Source: Octopus bimaculoides (Eukaryota). Taken from it: a DNA stretch of 64,000 nt. Made by a program: the position numbers and the translations under genes. The notes below the pieces were generated by a model. It had not been told where the DNA came from and did not search any database. It saw only the letters and a program-made list of their open reading frames with translations. The DNA lies in assembly GCF_001194135.2 (NCBI RefSeq), contig NC_068984.1:43114185-43178184 (forward strand). Direction: 5' to 3'. Shown here piece after piece: positions 24,181-36,726 of the stretch; the first letter of the stretch is position 1; each line of letters opens with the position of its first letter.

Positions 24181-24287
24181 TGTGTCAAACCGAAGCCAAA
24201 TTTCTGACATTCCTTCTTTTGTGGGTTCAAATAACTTAATACCAAATTTCTGACTTGAAAGGTTTACATCAGGACTGGCCTCACAGC
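24181..24287 (-). CDS. FERMT2: Kindlin exon, PH ([19 protein letters not shown]...EIWLRFDT)
   Basis: Acceptor atgcag|gc, donor aca|gttagt; 107 nt, phase 1-0. Confidence 0.95.
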
Positions 24288-24906
24288 CTGCATAAAAAGA
24301 AGTTAAGAGTTCAAATATTTCACTTTCAAAGTTAAGATAATCATCAATATATTTCCTAATCACAATGAACTGAATGAATTCATTACCATCGTATTTTATA
24401 AAAATTAACTGAAATTATATTTTGGGATGAATGTAAATGTAGATAATCTGTCCTACATGAGGTCTCTAATTTGTGTAAAATCAACTAGCAAAAGTTATAG
24501 AGTTGAAATACCAAACAGAATTCTAGGAAGATATACTCATATTACAGCAGGAGTAAACTGAACTTCAGAAAGATGTCCCTTCTGTCTAATAATCATTACA
24601 ACTATTATTGAACTTTAGTGTAAAACAATGTGAAGACAAAAGTGGATTCAGAACTGAAGCCAGAAGAAATGTTGCTAAGTATTTTGTCAGGCATACAGAC
24701 AATTTAGCTAGCTCACAGCCTTGCTAGTGAACAGTAACCAATGACAGCAATTTGCTATTTCAATGAAAATATATACAAAGTTTCAACAAAGTCGAGTTGA
24801 ATTATTTGTACACCTTAACACTAGATAATAATTTTGAGCCTCCAATGTTGATAATTACTAATATACAAAGCTACCAGTGAAAAAAAAAATTAAATAGACA
24901 AGGTTA

Positions 24907-25117
24907 GACACCATTTCGAGCGTGGCCGTTTTCATGCGGGTGACACGTAAAAGCACCCACTACACTCTCTGAGTGGTTGGCGTTAGGAAGGGCATCCAGC
25001 TGTAGAAACTCTGCCAAATTAAATTGGAGCCTGGTGTAGCCATCTGGTTGCACCAGTCCTCAGTCAAATCGTCCAACCCATGCTAGCATGGAAAGCGGAC
25101 GTTAAACGATGATGATG
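24907..25117 (+). mobile_element. Young RTE-like 3' tail insertion with 7-bp TSD
   Basis: AAGGTTA at 24900-24906 and 25118-25124; CpG-rich; (GAT)n tail. Confidence 0.9.
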
Positions 25118-25251
25118 AAGGTTATATAAATCACAAAATTTTTTTGTTATGACTCACTGTCACCAATGAACAATAAATATTTTTACATCCACCATATGTG
25201 AATAGCATGGTTGGTTATAAATTTCCAATTGACAACATGGAATAAGTATAC

Positions 25252-25727
25252 TTATAAGGAGTATTGGGTGAATGTACCAGCTGAGAGATTTAAGATATAG
25301 AGATATATAGGTATCTTTCTGTGGATACTCCAGTTGAAAAGAGTTAGATAAAGAGAAATGATGGCAAAGACGTGTTGGGATGTGCCATTGAAGGACATTG
25401 GGAGTGGTGAGAATAGGTTATGTAATATAGAGGCTTGAGCTGGGTGACAAGTAAATAGAGAGAAATATAAGAGAAACTTTGGGGGAGGGGGACTTGTAAA
25501 TATGTGAGGGTATTTAGGGTGACAGGTGGAGACAGTAGGCAGTGGGGAAGACAATGGGACGTGAAAGTTGGTTAAGGTGGGAGAAGAAAAGTAACTGAGA
25601 AGGGTAAGGAGTGTAGTAAGTGCCAATTCTGCTCTTAGGTGATAGAGGAAGTGATGGGTGTTACAGGATGAAATGTTGGGTGGGGAAGGGCAGAGCCCCT
25701 CACAGACAAGCATTATTAAGGTGGTTG

Positions 25728-25760
<33 letters not shown>

Positions 25761-25860
25761 GGCAGAGAGAGGGGGCAGAGAGGTGAGGAGAGNNNNNNNN
25801 NNNNNNNNNNNNNNNNNNNNNNNNNNNNNNNNNNNNNNNNNNNNTGTGTGTGTGTGTGTG
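25252..25860. repeat. Purine-rich (G/A) block ending in (TG)(GA) microsatellites and a gap
   Basis: Strong strand asymmetry; possibly an old TE relic; no recognisable protein. Confidence 0.5.
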
Positions 25861-25908
25861 TATCTCATATACATACATATATAACAGTTGCAGAGAAAAA
25901 CAACTCAC

Positions 25909-26033
25909 CTTTGGTACTAATTCTTGCAATAGGTTCCCCAGCCCGGTCTTCTTTACTCTTATATAAAGAAATAGTATATTCTCTAAAGACGCAATAATAA
26001 CGCTTAAAATTCTTCAGAGTGAACTTTTTGGGT
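25909..26033 (-). CDS. FERMT2: Kindlin exon, PH (PKKFTLKNFKRYYCVFRE...RISTK)
   Basis: Acceptor ttttag|a, donor aaag|gtgagt; 125 nt, phase 2-1; basic phosphoinositide-binding residues present. Confidence 0.95.
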
Positions 26034-26157
26034 CTAAAAATAAAAAGACGTTCTATTAGAGAAAATATTAAAAAAAAAAAAGTAAAATAAGCACTACAAT
26101 TTCCATACAGACAACACAAAAATTCACTAAATACTGATTTCTGACATCAGCATAAAG

Positions 26158-26400
26158 CTATAGGCACATGGCTCAGTGGTTAGAGTGTCGGCCTCACAAT
26201 TACACGAGTTGCAATGTCACTGGTGCCAAGCTGTATCAGCCTTTGCCTTTCCCTTGGATGACATCGGTGACCTGGAGAGGAGAGGCTGGTATGCATGGGT
26301 GACTGCTGGTCTGCCATAAACAACCTTGTGCCTTAGAGAGTAACTTTCTAAATGTAATCCCATGGTCTTTTATGACCAAAGGAGGTCTTTTACCATATAA
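26158..26400 (+). mobile_element. tRNA-headed SINE family 3
   Basis: aggcacatggctcagtggttagagtgtcggcctcacaat A-box-like head followed by a GC-richer body. Confidence 0.65.
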
Positions 26401-27169
26401 GGCTATAATTGGTGATAGCAGGGTACTTCGTATAGAGGATTGCAGTACCCGACTCATCTTGTTTTCACTGACCCTGAAACAATGAAAGGCAAGATCTACT
26501 TTAAAGGGATCACAACTCAGCAATGCAATTTATTTTTCTCTGCTGCTCTGCTGAATCTGCTAACCATTGTCTTCACCAAATAATATAGGGGCCACATGGC
26601 AACTGCTTGGTCAAACCTCATCCCCAACTTTTTGATAGCATGAGCTGGATGAACTGCTACGTGTTTTTAAAGTGAATACGTTTTGGTTTAATTTTATCTA
26701 ATATAAATCTAATGTACAACTAGTTATAGACACTGAAGAAATTTAAATAGAATATCTGCCTCAATACTTCACTGTGAACTGAAGCTAAAAACAAGTATTG
26801 TTATCAACCAAATACTGATTATTGAAAAATGGCGAGGGGAAAAAAAAAAAAAAAGCAGAATATCACCATTTAACATATTTTCCAAACTGGTATGGCATGG
26901 ATGGTTCAACAGGAATTAAGATAGAAAACTATGCCAGACCATGTCTGCTCTAGCATGGTGGCAACCAATTTAGAGAGTGTACCAGGTGCTTTTTATAGGG
27001 CAGCACCACCAGTGAGACCATCAAGTCATAAGTAAGACTCTTCAACCAAGGGATACAGTATTGGGAGAGGCAGCTTTATGCCAGATGGTGAGAAGTTTTA
27101 TTTTTGTCTTAAGAGGGTCTTCACAAACAAATACAAAAACAAATTGTGTGGGTATACACAAATATGCAT

Positions 27170-27202
<33 letters not shown>

Positions 27203-27233
27203 AGAAACAGTAAGAGAAGGTTAAAAACCTTAC

Positions 27234-27418
27234 TTGAATATTTTGATGAAAGCGTCTAACTCTGGTACGTTTGTGATGTCATTTGAAGAAGGGGCCGTTG
27301 TCCCTTCCAAAGACTCTTTCAATTCTTTTAAGGCAGAATCAATATCATCCTCTTCTTGGCCGTCAGTTTGATCAAATATTTCAGGTTGTGGGTTTTGACT
27401 CTCCAATTGGACTTGTAA
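27234..27418 (-). CDS. FERMT2: Kindlin exon, F2/PH start (LQVQLES...DIDSALKELKESLEG...ITNVPELDAFIKIF)
   Basis: Acceptor tctcag|tta, donor ttcaa|gtaagg; 185 nt, phase 0-2. Confidence 0.93.
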
Positions 27419-27884
27419 CTGAGAAAAGAAACATTTTTTTAATACAAGGTTTTTGTTATTTTATATGCTTATTGTAATTTTCTTTTACTTTATAGCTAGC
27501 ATTTCTAATTAACTTCAGCAGCTTAAAAGAAAAAAAAATAAAGTTGAACAAGCTTTAACATCTAAGATTTTATAAAATGGCAGTTAAAAAACGCCAATAC
27601 ACAATGATTTATAACATGTACAGATGACTGGCAGATTGCCTAATCCAACAACACAATAACTTCTCTATGTCCTCTCTACTATAAATGCAGAACAATAATG
27701 AATGCAGCAATGCCTCTCATTGGGTCAAGAAGTACAGAATAGCATTAAAGAAAAAAGGTGAGCGACATCAGCGTAACCAGGTCAATCAATTGCTTTAAGA
27801 ACATTACAAACTAAATTTAATTTGAATATTTAGTTTTACTTCGGAAAAAGGTCTCTTTGTTTAGAACAGCGACAAATGCAAGGA

Positions 27885-28010
27885 TTTGGTGTGTGTGTGT
27901 GTGTGCCTTGGTGTGTGTGTGATGTGTGTTGGTGTATGTGTTGGTTGTGTGGTGTGGTGTTGTGGTGTGGTGTGGTGTTGTGGTGTGGTGTGGTGTGGTG
28001 TGTGTGTAAG
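27885..28010. repeat. (TG)n/(GTGGT)n compound simple repeat
   Basis: Direct reading. Confidence 0.9.
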
Positions 28011-29489
28011 CATGTATGTCTGAGAGTTTAACATTAAAAAAGTTCCTATGGCCAAACACTGAACCTGTCTTAAGCTCTAGACTTGCTTCAAGAATAATAG
28101 CTGAGCTGGTTTTAAGTAATTGAAAAATAATTTTTTTTTTAAAAAAAGGCTTACTTTTCAATTAACAAGTTTTCAATATATTTTAAGTGTTTTGAAGTTT
28201 AGATAATTTCATCCATGACCTAGAGTGAACTAAATTCTATCAATTAGTCATGCCTCAAGGCACTATTTATTTATAAGGTAAGAAATGATAAGGTTGTTAT
28301 AAACGACAATCAATTGCTACCAGAAACTGAAAGCAGATGGTAAATTCACTTTCTGAGGATTTAGCACAATGAATATGAGAACAGATTACTCTTAAACTCA
28401 AGTGTGGTATAACTGTTAATACCAAGGTTTATACTATAGTGTAATATTGGTTTAAAGTAGAAAGGAAAGAGTATTTTAGGTTTTTTTTTTTTTAAAGAAG
28501 GAGGTAAATTTATAGGAAGGGATATAATCAATTGAATTGGTTCATAAGATGTTACTGGTATTTACTTCAAGTTTGAACTTTGAAAATAAATGAAGGAAGC
28601 TTAATAGAAAATACCTTCAATTGCATAAAACATCAATAGGTTTTCAAATAAACAAGCAATCTTTTTATATAAGTTCAACAAAAAATTATATAGAAAATGA
28701 CGTTTATTTTAACCTCACCACCACCACCACCACCACCACCACCACACATCTCACAACAACCACCACAATCATCATGATCACCACCACTAACATCTGTTTC
28801 TCCAATCTTGCAAGGTTTTTCACCCACATGAATATATTAACGCATTAACTGTAGAACAAATGGAGGAGTCTTCACTTTCAAAGTCTAGTCAAATCTTAAA
28901 TCTCTGCAATACAAAGTACTATTGCCACACGTTCTACAATATGAACTACAGTAGAACATTTTCTGTACAGAAAGTACATAATTTATAGGTCTCCTCTAAA
29001 CAAGACGGGTTCCACCCATGTCAATTTTTCCAAGTCTATGACACCACCTGGGACAGGCTTATCAGTGATGTGATGGCCTTATTGAAGGAAGTACAATTAT
29101 GGGAAAAAAAAAATTTACAGCAAGACTCCACCAACATAAGGTAATATTCAAAGCATGAAAAATGTTTGTCTCCAGCCAACAAAGTAGTACATACAATTAT
29201 GGGTTTGTCTTTTACATTAATGGTTTTGTGCTAGCATGAAATATAGAGAAAGCAATTTAATATATTAAAAGTTTGAAAAATATTTTCCTTCTAAAATTAT
29301 GATTCTGTATCTAAGTGCTCTGAAACCAACCTATATAAATTATTTGCGGACTCACAGAATCAAGAGGACCCATGCAAACAGATCGAAATGGAAAAGGAAA
29401 GAAAAGCTACAGAGAGAGAGAGAGAGAAAGAGAAAGAAAGAGAAAGAGTAGAGCATTGAATGATTATTCCAAAAGAAAGCTGTTCTCAC

Positions 29490-29597
29490 CTGTAAGCCAG
29501 CAAACATTACCATCTCTTCTTCAGTACAGTCTATTTCTTCGGATATCAAAGCCCATTTAGCTTGCTCATAGATTTGGTTTATTCGGACACTGTCATA
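29490..29597 (-). CDS. FERMT2: Kindlin exon, F2 ([36 protein letters not shown])
   Basis: Acceptor ttaaag|tat, donor cag|gtgaga; 108 nt, phase 0-0. Confidence 0.96.
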
Positions 29598-30473
29598 CTT
29601 TAAAAAAATAAATAAAAGAAAAGAAAAATTACATTGTTATTTGCTGTCCATTGCACACAAGTCAACAATGTATTTATTTACAGGTACAGGTTTTAAAAAA
29701 GATATTTAATTGCTAACTATATATTTCTTATAGTCTTTCATTTCCCTAACTTTGAAGTTTGTTCAAGAAAATTTTGAAATTCTAAAGTTGTAATTTAAAA
29801 GCAAAATTTTAAAACCGTGAGGAAACAATTTTTTTATTTTTTTAAACTCTTTTGGTCAAGATAGCAAGGACAATGCTCAAGACTCATTTTGAAGCTTCCT
29901 AAACTGGAGGTCTGACCTGAGTGCTTGCAACAGAGCAGAATCTGCTAAAGTAACTAAAGAGCCAAGTGGAAGTGTTACACTATATGGCAGATTAAGTACC
30001 ACCCAAGTATGCTGAAGTAGAATTTTTTTTTACTCAGAATGCAAAGAATAGGAACAAATACTCCAAGACAGAGCTAACATTCTGACATTTCTGTCAATCT
30101 ACAGACCAAGTTGATAACAACACTCGAAGGATGAAAGGATAAGTTGGCCATGGTGGGATTCAAACTTAAAAGACACGATGCCAGAATAAACACAAGGCAT
30201 TTTGTCCAAAACTCTAATGACACTACCAACTGAGAAAGAATACAAAGAGTGTGAAAAGATGAGAGATTAGGGCAGAGAGAGAGATCAGAGGCAAAAGCAA
30301 AAAAACAAAAACCAAACATACATGCATGTGCACAGCAATCAAGTAATCAGTATCTGAAATTTATATTTCTCACAGCTGTTTCATGACGGTTCTGTTGACT
30401 ATAGATTAGCTGCTAGAAAATGTGTGCAATATATATTTATTCAATACTCTTCTCACTAGTATAACAACAGACT

Positions 30474-30508
<35 letters not shown>

Positions 30509-30809
30509 AAGGGAGAAGGAGAGATATTTATTTTGCTGTATGCAGATTATGTCAGTGAATGTGTATGCATAGTAAGCTTGAGTGACATGCACATATGTAA
30601 GTCCATGTATGTAGGTCTATTTGCATGCAGTATTAAAAGTGCGTTTGTATATGAGAACAGTGTGTGTGTGTGTGTGTGGAGCAACAGTAACAAAATCAAA
30701 CAATAACTTCCATCATGCACACAAAAGCTGTTAACAAGACATTGTAATAAAAATATTTATTATGAATATAAACATATGTATTGAACAGTCAAACTATAGT
30801 TGTTCCACT

Positions 30810-30853
<44 letters not shown>

Positions 30854-31330
30854 GACTCTACAACTATAGACACAAACTATAACTAACAGACAGACATGCA
30901 GACAGCTAAAAATACTGATCACCCCCCCCCCCCCCCATTAAAAGCAGACCCATACATACAAACACTGACCATCATCCAAACAAACATAGGCCGGTGCATA
31001 CACACAGACCCACACATACATTGTTTGCAGCATGTTTATAGCACATCAATAGCTAGCAGAATCAATAGCTTATACTTTTGTATCCCACCAGCATCACTAT
31101 CACCACCACCACCACCCTGCTGCTCTCCCAGCCAGCCATAGAGGATGGAGTGGGAGAGGGAAGAAGCAGCATGGTGCTATCATCAAGATTGGTAGTAGTT
31201 GCCACAAAATATACATACATATACACATGTATACAGAAACACACAATATATACATTATACACACATAACTGACAGTCATAGTAATGGTGGTCAGTATTGT
31301 AGATACAAGGAATGGTAATTGACACAAGAA
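30474..31330. repeat. Simple-repeat-dense zone: (TG)n 30474-30504, (AC)n 30811-30849, C12 tract, (ACC)n, AC/AT-rich
   Basis: Direct reading. Confidence 0.85.
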
Positions 31331-31627
31331 CTAGAAAAGGATTGGAGGAAGTACATGACTTCAATAGAAAATCACTCCCCTATCCCCACTTCCAACCAGC
31401 CAGATCTGTTAGTGTTTAAGCACCACACTACATCCTATACTATCAACTACAAGTGGAAAACAACTTGTGATGACAAGGAGGAAACTGTATGACATTTCAT
31501 TGCAATAAGAATTCTATAGAGTAACAGCACAAACAAGTGTGCAATAGCTGAGTTTAGGGGATCATTCATGCAATGGCTAGCCATTGTTATTTTCTTAGAT
31601 CATTATTATAATATCACTATTATTATA

Positions 31628-31855
31628 AGGCAGCGAGCTGGCTGAATTGGTAGCATGCCAGGAAAAATGCTTAGCAGCATTTTATCCATCTTTACATTCT
31701 GAGTTCAAATTCCACTAAGGTCAACTTTGCGTTTCATCCTTTCGGTGTCAATGAAATAAGTACCAATTGAACATTGGGGGGGGGGGGTCGATGTAATCAA
31801 CTTACCCCACCCCTGAAATTGCTGGCCTTGTGTCAAAATTTGAAATTATTATTAC
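31628..31855 (+). mobile_element. MetaSINE-like copy, full length
   Basis: aaggcagcgagctggctgaattggtagc...gagttcaaattcc...gtcaactttgcgtttcatcctttcgg...aagtacca...gccttgtgtc. Confidence 0.85.
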
Positions 31856-34277
31856 AATAAAAATAAAAATGAATTTAGGCTAGAATAGTTTATGAAAACT
31901 TTATGGCAATACATAGTCAACTACCCACCACTATCATGTCAACCACAGAAATTTAATGCTACCCAACCTTTAACACAAATATTTCATGAGAAGTTTTTAC
32001 TAGTGTTCTCGCTTATGGGTTGTGGTTGTTTTAAGACAACTGTGTTGGGATGATACACAAAAAAAAAAGTTCATGTAGTGTCTTTATGGATTGGGTTTCA
32101 CTGTCATGCAGCACTTTATACACACTTGATTTCTGTATATCCCTATGAAGAGATTATTTCCTTCTCAAAAGAACAGTTTTAGCCTATTAGCTGTGAAAAT
32201 GCATCCAGGAGATAAAAAAATAAGAAATAAAGAACAGATGAGGTTACTTTGGTCATGATGACGACATCATTCTTAACTTAATATCTATATTTTCATGAAT
32301 TAAAATTTGCAAATTAACTTTTGTCACCAGTTTTGTTATGACTAATACACATAGACCATGCTGTGGTAGAGAAAGCCTCCAGCCAATGAACCCGTGACAA
32401 AATCAGGAACATGTGAAGAGATTTGGACTACACAAGTCAACTTACAAGCTATCCTTCAAAGAGGGTAGAAATGGAATAAGCAATTTTTAATCCAGCTATA
32501 AAAAACTGAATGGTAAAATAGCATGATGAAATGCAATCAGTTCATTAGATAAGATGGACAACAAGCTTCACCATTGTTCTCAGTTATGTGCATCAGGTAA
32601 TGAAGGACTGCAGGAGACAGCAAAATAACTGCACAGTGGCTGATGAGACACTGGGAAACCCAAACCCATGCCAGTATAGAAAAAAAAGACATAAAATGAT
32701 AATGTCATCTGTCCTAGATACTACCTGATATTTGTTTTTGAAATACTTCTTTCTCAGACTCCACTTACATTTCAAACCAATGAGGGAACCTGTATATCAT
32801 CACTCAAGCTAGAAATAACCAAATCTCCCTCAAATCACACAATCCTAGAATCAATTATGCCTGGAAATAAAGAAAAAAAAGGCTGCTTGGCCAAGGATGA
32901 CCTAGAACTAGACGACAGTTCCAAGGAATATATCTTCAAACCTTTAACCAGCCCTATACAGCCTAAATATTTTATTTTTCTGGTCAAACTGGCTAGATCA
33001 TTCTAAAAATAAACAATTATATCATTGAAATCTCAAAGCTATAACTCATGATTAACTCCAAACAATGTGAATGAGCACCACATTTGGCGAAATAGGAAAT
33101 AATTTCTAATATTCACATCTAACCTAAAGCATGTCTACTATGCAACACTGATGGTTCTTCTGCCCCACCCCTACCCGCCAAAAAACTGCAGAAACATGTA
33201 TTTGGGAAGATGAAGTTTTATTCATAGGTTTCTTCAATCATGAATGGCCTGGGGTTTAACAACAATAACTAAGCACTTCTTTGCATAGGAGAACCATCCA
33301 TCCCTATTAAATATTCATGTCAAAACAGACATCTGTCTGGTGTGCTGGCCACAGAATTTTATACCAGGCACTTATTCAATTAATACATGCTAAAATTGTT
33401 CTCCAAAGTCTCAAAGAGCATGGATCATACACAAGCTATATATTATATTTCAAAGATATTATGTAAAAGATAAGAGTCACGGCTTGAGGTCAGTATAAAC
33501 CTATTATGAATAAAACGATTTTATCGCCAACAATTCAAACATTTGACAAAACATTGAAATAGATTCATAAAAATCCAGCCTTCACATTGGGGGGGGAAAC
33601 TATCAACACTAAGAAATTACAAAGCAATGAAAACCTACTTAAGAGCTACTAGAGAACAAAATTAAAATAAAATTAAAAAAATAGAGAACTGCAAAAATGA
33701 GATACTATTTCTAAAAGGAAAAATTGCTTCATTTGAAAGACATCACTACACAACTAAAATAATGGAACACTGGACTTTTCAGTTCAGATCCCGACAGGTT
33801 AATTTGCCTAGGCATCGATATAGAAAAAAAAAAAAAAAAAAAAAAAAAAAAGATAAAGTACCAGTAATAAGATTATTCAGAATTAGATTACTCTTTCCCT
33901 CTGTTTCTCTTAAAATTTTACTTGAAGAGTAAGAAATAAAGACAGAAAATGATGAGTTGATTTTTAGCCCTTACAAATCAGGACTAAGATCATTTATACA
34001 GTGTATTCAAAACCTACATTATCTAAAGTGTTCTTCCTGTTTTTAATATAGTGCTGTGATTTGAGGAATATTTAGTTACTATTTTTATGGTCAAGACTAT
34101 GTCGGACATTAGCTGCATCAAACTCCCCAGTCTGGAAGAGACAGTAAAGGTTATAAGGTGCTACGCCTTCCCTAACGTTAAAAAAAAGAAAAGAGGGTTG
34201 TCTTGAAATATGCTTTCATAAAGTTATTAAGCAAATGATATTAAAAGATAGTACACAAAAAAATTATCAACACTAAC

Positions 34278-34380
34278 CTTTGGACTGAGGTCATAGAATG
34301 TGAAAAACTTAAACCTAAGTAAAAGTAGATGTCTTTCACGGATACCTTGTTCCATTAATGAAATTGAAGAATCAAGCCAT
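34278..34380 (-). CDS. FERMT2: Kindlin exon, F1 end ([34 protein letters not shown])
   Basis: Acceptor cccacag|a, donor aag|gttagt; 103 nt, phase 2-0. Confidence 0.96.
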
Positions 34381-34457
34381 CTGTGGGGGGGAAAAAAAAA
34401 ATTCCATGAGATTTTTTAGTATAAACATCAAACAATATTTTCTACATGTAAAAGAGA

Positions 34458-34640
34458 AGGTACATGGTTTAATGGTTATGGTGTTGCACTCACTATCACA
34501 AGGTCGTGGTTTCAATTCCAAGACTGGTGGTGTGTTGCTTTTAAGCAAAATACTTCAATTTCATGATACTCCAGGCCACTCAGCTGTAAATGGATAAACC
34601 CTGTGACAGACAAGTATCTTGTTCAGGGAAAATGTTGGCC
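34458..34640 (+). mobile_element. tRNA-headed SINE (another family)
   Basis: ggtacatggtttaatggttatggtg...ggtcgtggtttcaattcc A/B-box-like head. Confidence 0.55.
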
Positions 34641-34764
34641 CACCCACCTGGCCAATGGGATGCATCATTTGAAGAACTACAACAATGCAAGGAAGAGCAT
34701 TGTAACCCAGCAGTGTATAACATCCAATAGTATGGTCGATATAGTGATATATATAAAATCCTCA

Positions 34765-34892
34765 TTTATTGTCCATGTTGGCATGGGTTGGACGACATGA
34801 CAACAGCTGGCAAGCTACACCAGACTCCAGTCTGATGTGGCATGGATTCTACAGTTGGATGCCCTTCCTAATGCCAACCACTTTACAGAGTG
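34765..34892 (-). mobile_element. RTE-like 3' tail copy (related subfamily)
   Basis: gtccatgttggcatgggttggac...acagttggatgcccttcctaatgccaacc. Confidence 0.75.
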
Positions 34893-35862
34893 TTAAGAAA
34901 GACATCCAGCAATAACACATTATTAGACTCAATTCCGAAAGTTTTTAAGGGCAGAGGCAAAACCTGAAATAAAATATTAGGTAGTAATATCAGTCTACCT
35001 CTCATACAGTTACTTTTTGCAAACCATTTCAGCCTTGAGTCTATTAACTGTGTAGCACCAACAACCATATGTCGCATGCATTACAGTAATAATTTTACAC
35101 ATCCACTAATTTGTTTGGAACAAGTTCACTTATTTTTGCTTGTTTTGTGTGTGTAATATATATGTACTTTCAAAGCATTCAAGTTCATGGAATATCTTAT
35201 GTGCCCCCATGGGGCCATTTCATGTTTTGTAAGCAAATATGTCACAGAGAATATTTTTGCCAGAAGTCTAATACTCACTGTTGTGAATCATTCACGTTGT
35301 GAAATGTATACCTTTACCTATAAAATATGTATGTATGTATGTATGTATATATAGGTAATGGTTACAGTGTGAAATTTTTAATCCAAAGTTAGCACTGAAC
35401 AGGAGGCAATTAGCAATGCTGCTGGCTAAAGAAATATTTGCGCAAAAGAATACATTAAGTAGTGCAGCATAATCTCACTAGTTTGGTTAAATGCCACAGG
35501 GAGCATATAATATAAAAAGAAAAGAAAATCCCACAAGAAGAAAACTAGAAAGTAATTAACAGTGAAAATCAGATGATATATATTCATTCATATACCATTA
35601 TCCTACTGGCATTTAATCAATGGTAAAAGTTGTATTCAAACAGAGAAAATGAAGGTATTGTACTCCTGTTAGATGGGTTTAAAAAATAACACAAAAGGTC
35701 ATCTGTTGAATTTAATAGCAGAGAGTAAAATGTAGTGCTTCTCTGATAAGCAGAATATTATTCTTTCACTATTATAACATACAAGGAAAATAGATCTATA
35801 GCTGTTAGGAATGCAAGAGTTAGAATAAAAAAAATTAAAAAATAAAAAAAAGTTGCATTTTC

Positions 35863-35955
35863 AAATCATCATCGTTCAATGTCCGCTTTCCATGCTGGCA
35901 TGGGATGGACAGTTTGACTGGGGACTGACAAGCCAGAAGGCTGTACCAGCACTGC
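35863..35955 (-). mobile_element. Short RTE-like 3' tail copy
   Basis: tcatcatcgttcaatgtccgctttccatgctggcatggg. Confidence 0.75.
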
Positions 35956-36499
35956 AGAAAATAAAATTCATAGATATAAGCATATATACATGCACCTATA
36001 CATACATGAGCACATGCGCGCACGTGTGTGCATGTGCGTGTGTGCATGGTCATGTGGCTAAGAAGTTTATGCATATATAGAACTAAATAAAATGATTTAA
36101 TGAGTATGCAAACTGCAAAACCATGTATGGATGTGTAGAATATGCATATATAAATAAGTATTTGAATGCAGTTATGTTTGTGTCGCTTTGTGCAGATATG
36201 GGAAATTTGGCAAGAGTTAAACTGAATGCATTGCACAAGTGCATCCACAGGAAAAAGATAATATATGTGCTGATGGGAATATATGAAGACAAACATCTCA
36301 ACACATGTAGCAACAGACACACCATACAGGTTATTTTTAAATGTATGTAATGTGAAAATGAGTGAAACTAAGAGCATGTGCAAGATATATAGATCTAACA
36401 AGACTGCTACACAAACCAGACAATATGTAATACACAATTCGCAAAGATTCACAAAATAAATAAATAAATAAACTTTAAACATTGCTAATATATCCTTAC

Positions 36500-36726
36500 C
36501 CTTTATTCATTCTGGCCTTTTCTGCAAAGGTCTTTGGACGCAACAGCAGATTGAAAGCTTCCTTGGTAGGTTTATGAGGACCATTGAGCAATATTTGCTC
36601 ATAGCCTCCATCTAAGTGCAGGCTGTGCATTGATCCTGCAAAATAGCTGTTGTTGGCATTAAATGTGTTTTGAGGAGAGTTGGATGATAAACTATGTACG
36701 CTACCAGGACTGTGATGTAACGTGCT
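36500..36726 (-). CDS. FERMT2: Kindlin exon, F1 loop (STLHHSPGSVHS...LLRPKTFAEKARMNK)
   Basis: Acceptor tttcag|agc, donor aaagg|gtaagg; 227 nt, phase 0-2; RPKT..EKARMN motif. Confidence 0.9.

Noticed and set aside
25252-25929. 225-aa minus-strand ORF
   Set aside because: Spans a gap and microsatellites; composition reflects purine/pyrimidine skew.
26158-26200. tRNA gene (also 4323, 31628, 34458)
   Set aside because: Only degenerate A/B-box heads without a cloverleaf, followed by SINE bodies.
32640-32659. CTGATGA...GAAAC hammerhead-like motif
   Set aside because: No stem II pairing (gacactgg) and no stem III/UH partner.
36010-36037. 28-bp quasi-palindrome centred on CACGTG
   Set aside because: Arises from alternating CA/TG/CG simple repeats.
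35835-36482. 215-aa minus-strand ORF
   Set aside because: AT/simple-repeat-derived low complexity inside a kindlin intron; no motif or splice support.
36635-36640. Internal acceptor (tttgcag|ga) in exon 36500-36726
   Set aside because: Phase-incompatible with the upstream phase-0 donor; the acceptor at 36726 restores the frame.
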